Source: Paraphysomonas bandaiensis (taxonomy: Eukaryota > Protista > Chrysophyceae). From it: a stretch of DNA of 64,000 nucleotides. Shown piece after piece: positions 1 to 11,756 of the stretch. A program made the translations under genes and the position numbers. The stretch is taken from NCBI GenBank assembly GCA_965644295.1, contig CBFFRP010000196.1, positions 52,774 to 116,773 on the forward strand, in the 5' to 3' direction. The notes beneath the pieces were generated by a model, which searched no databases, was not told where the DNA came from, and saw only the letters and a list, made by a program, of their open reading frames with translations. Position 1 is the first letter of the stretch; every line of letters begins with the position of its first letter.

Positions 1-482
1 TGTATGTATGTATGTATGTATGTATGTATGTATGTATGTATGTATGTATGTATGTATGTATGTATGTATGTATGTATGTATGTATGTATGTATGTATGTA
101 TGTATGTATGTATGTATGTATGTATGTATGTATGCATGTATGTATGTATGTATGTATGTATGTATGTATGTAGGTATGTATGTATGTATGTATGTATGTA
201 TGTATGTATGCATGTATGTATGTAGGTAGGTAGGTAGGTAGGTACGTAGGTAGGTATGTATGTAGGTAGGTAGGTATGTATGTATGTATGTATGTATGTA
301 TGTATGTATGTATGTATGTATGTATGTATGTATGTATGTATGTATGTATGTATGTATGTATGTATGTATGTATGTATGTATGTATGTATGTATGTATGTA
401 TGTATGTATGTATATATATGTAGGTAGGTAGGTAGGTACAGTAGGTAGAATATACGTACGTATGTGTATGTATGTGTATGTA
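1..482. repeat. (TATG)n microsatellite with (TAGG)n patches
   Basis: Directly visible tetranucleotide array; the MYVC ORFs are artefacts of it. Confidence 0.98.
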
Positions 483-664
483 CCTGCTGCCGACTTTCCC
501 AGACAGAAAGAAGAAAAAAAAACATGTTGCTTGTATGAGGATACTCTTCTGATGTAGGTACAGGCAGTGTATCTATTGCATAGTCTCTTAAATGAGTTGA
601 TGAGCAAACACTTTAAAGAATATCAAAGATGCTTCTTTGAAAAGGATTGAACCCCCACCTCTCT

Positions 665-1290
665 CCGTAATACTGATGCACTCCAACTATAGTGTAGTCA
701 TGTATATTCTGCATTTCATTGCTTCATAGAATGCAGGATGGCTACTAGCGATAGACATCAACAAGCTTCAACTACGCACGTGTAGGAATTGGTTGTAGTT
801 CAATATTCCCACTCAATCATCATAATATCAGAATATACTATAATGAACAAGTCTACTTTTAGTGCGATATCATAGTGTGCACATGCTGATAGTGCAGCTT
901 CTCTGACAAAGCTTTAGTCACCACATCTACTGTGTCATCTCTGCCGTTGGCACATGATTCAGCCTGACAATACAGTCTCCAATTTGCTCTCGAATCCAAT
1001 GATATTTGGTTTTAATATGCTTGGAACGTTTATGGTTTACTGGATTCTGAGCTAGATCAATCGCACTCTTGCTGTCCATATTCAGGATTGTTGGAGACGC
1101 ATCCTTACTGAGCTCAAATCCACGAGAAGTCCGAGCTCTATCATAGTCTGAGGCATTTTAATTGTGCTGTTAGAAGAAGCAAGAAGCAGTGAGACATCGC
1201 CGAGGACACCAACGTTTACAATATACCGTTATTTTCGAGGTCGTTCTTCAGTTCTGGGACTTCTACCTTCCCCACTTGTTGAAGATCATA
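665..1290 (-). mobile_element. Internally deleted Ty1/Copia remnant (INT-RT linker joined to RNase H end, PPT, part of 3' LTR)
   Basis: Minus-strand translation of ~980-1100 gives MDSKSAIDLAQNPVNHKRSKHIKTKYHWIREQ (Copia RNase H end). 1145-1287 matches 23530-23670. 680-805 matches 26650-26777. A PPT-like TTGAGTGGGAA precedes the LTR start at 805. Confidence 0.85.
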
Positions 1291-1679
1291 TGTCTTTCTT
1301 CTTTATTGATAACCATGAGCTGTCATAGCCGTAATATATTATAGAGCTTAATATGGGATATAATAATTATATAATAATCGACCTATGTTGCACATATAGT
1401 ATGTACAAACTTAAGCATATACGATATTGAGGTCTTAGTGTAAAATGCCCAATAGCTGGTTATTACATATGTATAGTGTAGCTGTTACATTCTCACATTT
1501 TGGATCTGTAAGTAATATAAAATGTATTAAATGCCTTTAAAAATAATCTTTTCTTGACACCTAACAACATCATTTTAGCTAAACGCATCAAAAACTCAAC
1601 TTAAATCGATATTTTCAAAATTTTACCAGGCTTTGACTGTTTGACCAGGTTTGGTCATCATATCGACTTTTTATTATAC

Positions 1680-3040
1680 AGGGTCCTGTGAACGACGCCA
1701 CTTCAGAACATCTAAGTGCCCCCAATTGTAGCACAGATTCAAGTGTCGAAAATGGAGGGTCCTGTGAACGAAGCCATCTCAGAACATCCAAGCGTCCTCC
1801 CCTAGCAGCAGCAATGCTACTATCTTCACTCCATGGACATGGAGGGTCCTGTGAATGACGCCACTACAGAATATCCAAGTGTCCTTCCCTAGCAGCAGCA
1901 ATGCTACTATCTTCACTCCATGGACATGGAGGGTCCTGTGAACGAAGCCATCTCAGAACATCCAAGTGTCCTCCCCTAGCAGCAGCAATGCTACTATCTT
2001 CACGCCGTGAACATGGAGGGTCTTGTGAATGAAGCCATCTCAGAACATCCAAGTGTCCTTCCCTAGCAGCAGCAATGCTACTATCTTCACTCCATGGACA
2101 TGGAGGGTCCTGTGAACGAAGCCACTTCAGAATATCCAAGTGTCCTCCCAATGCAGCAGCAATGCAACTATCTTTACTCCATGGACATGGAGGGTCCTGT
2201 GAACGAAGCCACTTCAGAATATCCAAGTGTCCTCCCAATGCAGCAGCAATGCAACTATCTTTACTCCATGGACATGGAGGGTCCTGTGAACGAAGCCACT
2301 TCAGAATATCCAAGTGTCCTCCCTTAGCAGCAGCAATGCAACTATCTTCACTCCATGGACATGGAGGGTACTGTGAACGAAGCCACTTCAGAACGTCCAA
2401 GTGTCCTCCCAATGCAGCACTGAGACAAGTCTCGGCATTCCATAGATATGAAGGGTCGTGTGAACGAAGCCACTTCAGAATATCTAAGTGTCCTCCCTTA
2501 GCAGCAGCACTGCAAGTCCATTTACTAAATGGAAATGGAGGGTCCTGTGAACGAAGCCACTTCAGAATATCTAAGTGTCCTCCCTCAGCAGCAACAATGC
2601 AAGTGTCTGAATCCCATGGACATGGAGGGTACTGTGAACGAAGCCACTTCAGAACGTCTAAGTGTCCTCCCTCAGCAGCAGCACTGCAAGTGCCTGAATC
2701 CCATGGACATGGAGGGTCCTGTGAACGAAGCCACTTCAGAATATCCAAGTGTCCATCCCAAGCAGCAACAACGCAACTATCTTCACTCCATGGACATGGA
2801 GGGTCCTGTGAACGAAGCCACTGCAGAACATACAAGTGCCCTCCCTGAGCAGCAACAATGCAAGTGTCTGAATCCCATGGACATGGAGGGTCCTGTGAAC
2901 GAATCCATTGCAAGACATCCAAGTGTCCTCCCTCAGCAGCAGCAATGCAAGTGTCTGAATCCCATGGACATGGAGGGTCCTGCGAACGAAGCCATCTCAG
3001 AATATCCAAATGTCCATCCTTAGCAGCAGCCCTGCAAGTG
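1680..3040 (-). repeat. 81-bp coding tandem repeat (about 16-17 units) that continues past the stop codon
   Basis: Unit ggagggtcctgtgaacgaagcca... recurs every 81 bp; about two more units lie 3' of the TAG at 1864-1866. Confidence 0.9.
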
Positions 3041-3363
3041 TCCTTACTCAGTATGTGTATAGGGTCCTTCATATGTGTGTATAAGTGTATTATTTGCTGT
3101 AATCTGCCGTATTGTGCACATGTATTCATTAGTTTGATGTATGGACAGCCCATAGACAGAGCCCATGAGACCATTGAGTTGGTCATACAGTAGTGAGATG
3201 CATGTGACTCAAGTCTCTCTCTGCTCTTTTCTCTCGTGCTATCAGCCATATCGTGAAGTCTCTTACAAGTCATCATCACAGGAAGGATAGCTGTGTGTGG
3301 GATCATAGAGATGATGATACAAATCACATCATCATTAAGATCAGATAGAGTGATTTCATTCAT
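1864..3363 (-). CDS. F-box-like plus 27-aa ankyrin-like repeat protein
   Basis: N-terminal LSDLNDDVICIIISMIP (F-box-like), then tandem CxxAAxGGHLDILKWLRSQDPPCPW units; intronless 499-aa ORF. Confidence 0.85.
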   Translation of the reverse strand: MNEITLSDLNDDVICIIISMIPHTAILPVMMTCKRLHDMADSTREKSRERLESHASHYCMTNSMVSWALSMGCPYIKLMNTCAQYGRLQQIIHLYTHMKDPIHILSKDTCRAAAKDGHLDILRWLRSQDPPCPWDSDTCIAAAEGGHLDVLQWIRSQDPPCPWDSDTCIVAAQGGHLYVLQWLRSQDPPCPWSEDSCVVAAWDGHLDILKWLRSQDPPCPWDSGTCSAAAEGGHLDVLKWLRSQYPPCPWDSDTCIVAAEGGHLDILKWLRSQDPPFPFSKWTCSAAAKGGHLDILKWLRSHDPSYLWNAETCLSAALGGHLDVLKWLRSQYPPCPWSEDSCIAAAKGGHLDILKWLRSQDPPCPWSKDSCIAAALGGHLDILKWLRSQDPPCPWSKDSCIAAALGGHLDILKWLRSQDPPCPWSEDSSIAAAREGHLDVLRWLHSQDPPCSRREDSSIAAARGGHLDVLRWLRSQDPPCPWSEDSSIAAAREGHLDIL

Positions 3364-3719
3364 AGTTTATATGAGACTACTAGAGAGAGTGTTAATACAT
3401 ACATAGATGATTGTGACGTACATCTATATCTACACATACTGTACATGCATATGATATACATACAGTGCACTTTCAGGAACAACATACTATAAAAACCACA
3501 TAATTTATACATTTATACTATAAAAATCGGGTTTTGTGTCTGAATGACAATATCAGAAAAAACTCCCACAATATAATAAAAACCAGTATTTTAAAATTAA
3601 TACTACTACTTTTATGCTAAAACCCTCCACTTTACAGAGTACATCACCAGGCGATATAATGGAAATAATCGTTTTATCATAAAAGTGGTAGTATTTATTT
3701 AAAAAACCCTGCTTTTACT

Positions 3720-4150
3720 AACAGTGGTGCTGCCATGAGGTGGATACTGGGATGTTTTGATATCTAGATATGGCTTCGTTCATAGGACCCTCCTTCATGT
3801 CTATGGGATTCAGACACTTGCAGTAGTGTGGACACTTGTATATTTTAAAGTATCTTCATTCATAGGACTTTCTCTATTGTCCATATGATGCAAAGTCGAT
3901 GTGATGATCAAACCTGATGAAGAACAATCAACATCTGATGAAAATATTGATTTTAAGTTGAGTTTTGGATGCATTTTACAATAAATGATGATGATGATGA
4001 TGTTGGCGGTGGTGATGATGATGTTGTTGTTGTTGGTAAGGTATGAGTGATGTTGTTAGTGCTAAGATAAGATAATTTTTTATAGACATTTAATACATTT
4101 TATAGTAGTTACAGATCCAAAATATGAGAATATAAAGTTACACTCTACAT
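3720..4150 (+). pseudogene. Decayed inverted paralog of the 3' end of the ankyrin-like gene
   Basis: Degenerate 81-bp units at 3720-3880 (atggcttcgttcataggaccctcc); 3890-4150 is a diverged reverse complement of 1470-1670. Confidence 0.7.
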
Positions 4151-4779
4151 AGTTAGTTATATTTAACCATGGGTTATAAGGAGCGCATTCTGATGCATTC
4201 TCTATGTCGTACCTGTATGCTCTACGCGCAATTGATATACATTATGTTCCATTGCCATATTTAATAATAATTAAATCAGATATGACTAACGAGTCTGTAG
4301 TAGTTTACTAGTTAGGAAGTAGAAAGACACCCTAATGAATGAACACGGTATAGAGCAGGGCTACACCAGCGAAATAAGCAGGTTCAAAGGGTAGTTCATA
4401 AAAATAGCGTAGAGTGTGAAAGTTGGAAAGGTAGTTCGTAAAGTAGTTTATATGGTAGTTCAAAATGTGTTGAAGAGTTCATAAGGTAGTTCATGCCCTT
4501 TTGACATAACTCAACGAAAATTCAGTGCCGAAATCAGCACCACACATTCAAGGGGATCGTTTGCGTCAGCGAAAGACCAACCGCTGCAACAAGTCTACAG
4601 ATCAGAGTACATCTTATGGGCCAAACATGGTCCGTGCTATTGCAAAACACAAACTGTTAGTTGGTAAAAAGAACATTCTCCAAAGCAAGAGAATGGCCAG
4701 AAAAGAGTAATGGCCAATATACACAAATTAGGTGATGGTGTATATATACATGCGGTGTTAATGCACAGCATGTTCTAAA

Positions 4780-5340
4780 TCATATGACACATGACAAACA
4801 ATGCATACGTAAAATACATATGAATAATTTTGATATTGTTATGCATGCTATTAGTTGTAATGATATTGATGAACTAACGAATTCATCAAAAAGTGTACAA
4901 GATGCTATCTCAGGTAAACATCAACAGCAGTGGATCAACACCATAAACAGAGAAATATCCACTCTGCAAAGAAAACGATATGGCCTAATCGTCAGCAGCT
5001 CAGGAAGCAGTATGGCTACGCTCTTTATATCAGAAATTGGTTTCAAACTTCCATTTTCAACAACAATTTGGTCCGATAATAAAGGTGTACTCCAATTATG
5101 TTACAATCTTACCCATCACCGCCGTACAAAACATATCGCGATTCGATATCACTCTATTCGAGAACATATTTCCGAAACCTATTGACTGTTGATCACATAC
5201 CTACCAAGTCAAAGTTAGCCGATCTTCTTACGAAACCACTAGGAGCAACTATCTTCTTCACATTGCGAACTACATTGATGAGAGGAGCTGGGTTGGACTT
5301 CCCATCCAGCAACAACAAAATTAACGTGAAAATATAAAGT
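4780..5340 (+). mobile_element. Degenerate Copia pol remnant (RT start joined to RNase H end)
   Basis: AISGKHQQQWINTINREISTL and DNKG...HHRRTKHIAIRYH...ADLLTKPL; close to the 35911-36660 copy. Confidence 0.85.
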
Positions 5341-5756
5341 CATTGAGTGCTGTTTATATATCTTTGAGGTGGCTTATTCATAATTTTCTGATGGGAGAGG
5401 TAGCAGTGACGTGACCACCAAACGCGTTTCTACGTGGAAATGTGATTTTCTATAACAGGTAACATACTATATTCAGTATAAACGATCTCTTCTCCTATGC
5501 GATATTTTACACTTTATGACAGGGTGAAAGTGACTGTACACTATTATTCCTAGTCACAGAAAAGAAATTTCAGAGGGAGATGAAACTGTACTTGACTTAA
5601 TTAATTACACAAGGAAACAACTATAATCCTCTCATTCATCCACTCTCCGTTGGGGTTCATAAGTTAAGAGTTATATTCCTGGGGGTGTTGGAAAGGAACA
5701 CAAAAGAATCATATTATTGAGCTATGGGATATTTCGACATCGTATCTGCCAAATAT

Positions 5757-6341
<585 letters not shown>

Positions 6342-6989
6342 CTTAATATACTTTTCAAATAGGTATGAATAATGTATGAATGAGTGTGTTAATATGGAAC
6401 AAAAGATGCTTGCAACAGTTTCTTCTTTTGCATAGATGGCAGTTTTCAAAAAAATGAAATATCTTAAAGAGATTCATTAAGATTTTCATTTTTTTTATTT
6501 TGAAAAAAAAATGAGTACCGGTTAGTACGTACTTTGATAGGGTGTACAATAACTGTACGATGTACCACAATCATCATGACATACATCTAGAATATGTTAC
6601 AAATGGAAGGAATGTAGTAATAATTTATTACTTCCAATCTTCGAGTTTATTGCCTTAAAATAGCATCTCGAGTGAGGTTATATGGCATCACATACACACA
6701 TCAGGCATATGAACTGCACCTAAAAGTAGTATATTTCCAATATATAGATTCTAGCTGGACTAAAAAAACTCCAATTTATACAAAAAAAACTAAATTTTTA
6801 CGAAAACTTAGATTTATAGACCCCCAAATAGCATAACATTTAACTGATATTTACAGTACATACACTACTACTAAGAATTCCTACATACACAACTGCACAG
6901 TTGTTTGCATCTACTCGAAGATCATGCCATGCATTCATATCTCTCTTAACTATCATACCAGTTGACCCTATAGAGGTATATGTAGAATA

Positions 6990-7878
<889 letters not shown>

Positions 7879-8219
7879 ATACTTACGCGATATTGCAGTA
7901 CTAGAAATAGTTTGCCAATGTAACATGCAGATGATGTAATGTGGTGGCTACAGTTTCTGATCGCCGCGCGGTGCTACTTTATCATCAGGAACTTGAAATG
8001 AAGATAACTGTTGTTATTAAATAATAGTAATTTTCGACTACTTATAAAAATCAGCATGGAGGAGTGACACTTTTTTAGAGGTATAAAGTTTAGAAAATAG
8101 AAATAAATTGTATGTCAATAAAATATATCTTTCAGTTCGCTTACCCTTCGTATTCTTATGTATACTGAGGCTAGCGGCACAACTACCAATCAATACTTTG
8201 TTAACGTTAAGCAGTAGGA

Positions 8220-9170
8220 TATCAGAGTTAAGTACTAGTTAGTTATATTGTAATGTTACATTAGTTCTGCCCTCAACAAAGTCGGACTCGCACCTTTTCC
8301 TGGTGTTCTGGGGGATAAGTACCGGAGAGATTCTCTCTGGGAAACTAACGTGAGCCGCAAATATAGTCAGCAGATAATGTTCTGCCCACTCATAGCCGAA
8401 TGCTTTTGTGGTACAAGGGACACCAATAAGTGTCACTTGTGTAGACGTCTTTGGGCCTGACGAATAAACGGGCATCCGAAAATGGGCCCACCACAAGGGC
8501 ATCCGGGACAGGGCCCACCTGAAGGGTAACCGTGGTATTGGGCTGCCTGCTGAAGTCAAGCATCCGGGATGTTCACCTCAAGGACTCAGAACGGAGCGAA
8601 GCGGTTGCACCTTGGTGCCTGCGGCGACGCACAAGCAGCTTTCGTAGCGTTAAATAGTTGGATAATAGAGTTTGTACTGATTAGTTACAGGTAGAAGTCT
8701 AACTAGGTTGAGTAGTGAATGTCTGATTATTTAGCAATAGGCGTTGAGACCTTGCAGCAATTAGTGGCTAGAAGAATGCTAGTCATACTAGTTAGACCAC
8801 TACCCGTAACTAATCAATACAAACTCTTTTATCCTACTATTTAACGCTACGAAAGCTGCTTGTGCGTCGCCGCAAGCACCAAGGTGCAACCACTTCCGTT
8901 CAACTAGGTTGACTAGCATTCATCTAGCTACTAAATCGGTGCAGGCTTTTAACGCCTATTGCTAATAATAAGACTTTCAATATATCATTAGACGAAGCCA
9001 CTTATTCTCGTTCAACTGCTACCTCTGGTGGAAATTCGAGTAAGTGGACACTGGAATCGACCCCTCAACAAAGTTGGACTCACACCTTTTCAATAAAATA
9101 CTTTCAATATATACATTAGTTCTGTCACTTAAACGCTCCTTGCTAATGATAAGACATTCACTACTATTGT
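8220..9170. repeat. Cluster of rearranged, inverted copies of a dispersed LTR-like repeat (family A)
   Basis: Module cctactatttaacgctac..gctgcttgtgcg..gcaagcaccaaggtgcaacc on both strands (8600-8660 minus, 8833-8900 plus); also at 22810, 26863, 37290 and partly at 59840. Confidence 0.8.
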
Positions 9171-9289
9171 TTTGGTAATGTATAAACTTGATATAGATCC
9201 CTACAGAAAAGATTCAAACTATAAAACTTCTGTATACGAGTAACTATTTATCAAGCATGCAATCATTGGCAAATGGTTTCCTTCAGTAT

Positions 9290-9840
9290 AATAAATAGAT
9301 GATCTTAGTAATAGTAAAACAATGTTGCGATTATTAGAGTGTAAAGTGATGAACACAATAAGGTAGAAAAGAGAATAATAATGCAGAACATAACTATCAC
9401 ACAACGGAATAATTTGAAGTGTAACTGATAATGACGATCATTATGATGACGATCATGTATCTTCAACAGATACTCTCTCAAATTCAGTTCATGATATATT
9501 TCATTGAACATTATAAGTCACAGTTACAATCTTGTATTAAGCTGAATTCTAATAAGTTATATTGCTTTCAATGCAGATTTAAGTTTAGTAATAGTAAGTA
9601 TAATGTTGTGATTATTATTAGAGTGTAATGTGATGAACACAGTAATTTAGAATAGTGAATAATAATGCAGAACATAACTATCGCACACAGCGGAATAGTT
9701 AGAAGTATAACTGACAATGACGATCGTTATGATGACGATCAAGTATCCTCAACAGATACAATTATTATTTCAGTTCATGATATGCTTCATTGAACATTAT
9801 ATTTCACATATACTATCTTATATTAAGATGAATCCTAATA
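9290..9840 (-). mobile_element. Two tandem Copia LTR copies (family B)
   Basis: Each ends ...gtattaagctgaat(t/c)ctaata; the same sequence sits next to a PPT at 35591-35711 and occurs again at 58524-58788. Confidence 0.8.
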
Positions 9841-10232
9841 AAATCTTCATGCACATACGCATGTGCGATCAGAAACAGACTTGTTAAAAATGTATGGTAG
9901 AAAAGTGGTTCTATTTTCTGGAATGTCAAGGATGCTTAACAAGGGTTCGCCAATCACTATATATTCTATATATATATACCAGAGGATATTATTCTACTCT
10001 TGTGACTACTGCATGTGTTATCCGTAGAGTTGATGTAGAAAAACATATATGAGAGTAAGTCGCTCTTATTGAAATAAACATTATGCACTATTATTTACTG
10101 GTGATTTCTACATCACTTATATTTTAAAAAATGCTCAGATTAAACCTGTGTAGCACAGTATAAAACAATAACTTCCTGAGCATTTATAGCCTGCTATATC
10201 ATGTAGCCCTACGAATATAGCCTTTGAAATAA

Positions 10233-11756
10233 TTAACACTCACTTAGAGAACATTTGTGGCACAACACACATGGTGAAACCACACTGCTGTATGTGTTGG
10301 GCATATCGAATGTATACATAAATTTCTCGTCATCAGAGTATATCCATACACTCTTACTGTGCTCGTGTAAGCATGTAAGATGCAGTTGAAGTTGGATAGA
10401 AGGAATTGTGTCATTTTGTGGCCAAGCACACTTAAAATAAAAATTTTGTACTTTTGCGTCGTAATACCATCCTCTTGTGGAACCACAGCCATCAAGACCA
10501 ACACTGAAGTCATGTGCTATATCCCGCAAATTTACTTTGAGATCTAAGGATGGCCATGGCTGACATGGGAGCAAAACGCCTTTCTCAAGTTGATTGTTTA
10601 CAGGACTTCTATATCGTGGAAAGTTGTCCACAAATATAGTTGGTAGCAGACCAGCGTCGTACAGTATCGTCGAAATGGGCTCAATATCCCAGTCGAAAGA
10701 ACACTTCAAACTGAAAGCGTGTCTGGAGTGTAGCATCTTTGCGCGTTTCATGTGTGTCATTGAAGGCGTCATTACTTGGCCAGCGGTATTAGTAGGAGAT
10801 TGAGGAAATCGAGAATGGATACTCCCGTTTCTGCGGAAAGAGAACTCATTACTGGATGTGCTGGAAACGCGAAACTGCTTGCGAAACACTTTATTTTCAC
10901 ACAATACGCGTTCAAAACAGCACCATAGTCTACATCCCTGAACAAGTTCCTTGGATGCACACACCGTCGAACATAAATCTTCTACAGGGCGTCCCCCAGA
11001 GTATAGCTCACAGAGACGCAGGAGTCCATACGAGAGTTTCAAGTCGATGTGTTCCATATCCGAAACTGGAGCAGTTTTACATTCAACCGTATGCTGCAAG
11101 CCGTCTGTTGGATAATACGTCATCATATTAGTACACCGATAGAGTACACTATCCATATTCCATATTATCTTGCGCAACCTTTCGTCCTGAGCATTCCCCT
11201 GGGTATATGGAATACAGCAGCAGTCTAGCCAGAAATAAGCATCAGGCACATGTTGAAGCGCAGCAATGAGCTCATTGTGTAGACCCAGAGGTTGTCCATC
11301 TGAAACCCATCGATGGCTCACAAATGTGTATTGAGGAAACTGGCTTAAATCGGATATATCAAAAATCTCAAACATGTCATCGCTCTGATTGTTAGTCCAC
11401 AAGAGCACATTCTCCAGTTCCTCTCTCATATTAGCGCAATACTGTGATTCCGTTAATAAATCAATCAAATGTGTACTCTTTTTATTAACTGATCCATTAA
11501 GAACCATATTAGAACCAGTATGAGAATTATTTATATCCTCTTCATTATACAGTGTGACGCCTTTCATAATATCATCAATTTGATGGATGTATTTCATAAT
11601 AGTTTTATTTTTAAGTAATTTGGATTTATTCACTAATCGAATGTACTTTAATTGACCTCTACATTCAGATGATAATGATTGTATATGATTATTCATAAAA
11701 CTTAATTGTTGACAACCATCTGTTGCAATATGAGGGACAGACACGGTGCTACCCAT
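10233..11756 (-). CDS. HET-domain-like protein with putative N-myristoylation signal
   Basis: Intronless 507-aa ORF with YTFVSHRW...YFWLDCCCIP...M..V and RLWCCFE, resembling HET motifs (SHxW, WxDxxCI, RxWxxxE); begins MGSTVS. Confidence 0.7.
   Translation of the reverse strand: MGSTVSVPHIATDGCQQLSFMNNHIQSLSSECRGQLKYIRLVNKSKLLKNKTIMKYIHQIDDIMKGVTLYNEEDINNSHTGSNMVLNGSVNKKSTHLIDLLTESQYCANMREELENVLLWTNNQSDDMFEIFDISDLSQFPQYTFVSHRWVSDGQPLGLHNELIAALQHVPDAYFWLDCCCIPYTQGNAQDERLRKIIWNMDSVLYRCTNMMTYYPTDGLQHTVECKTAPVSDMEHIDLKLSYGLLRLCELYSGGRPVEDLCSTVCASKELVQGCRLWCCFERVLCENKVFRKQFRVSSTSSNEFSFRRNGSIHSRFPQSPTNTAGQVMTPSMTHMKRAKMLHSRHAFSLKCSFDWDIEPISTILYDAGLLPTIFVDNFPRYRSPVNNQLEKGVLLPCQPWPSLDLKVNLRDIAHDFSVGLDGCGSTRGWYYDAKVQNFYFKCAWPQNDTIPSIQLQLHLTCLHEHSKSVWIYSDDEKFMYTFDMPNTYSSVVSPCVLCHKCSLSEC

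Noticed and set aside
4-229. MYVC-repeat ORFs
   Set aside because: Translation of a (TATG)n microsatellite.
2075-3193. Long plus-strand ORFs over the ankyrin array
   Set aside because: Antisense shadows of a stop-free 81-bp repeat.
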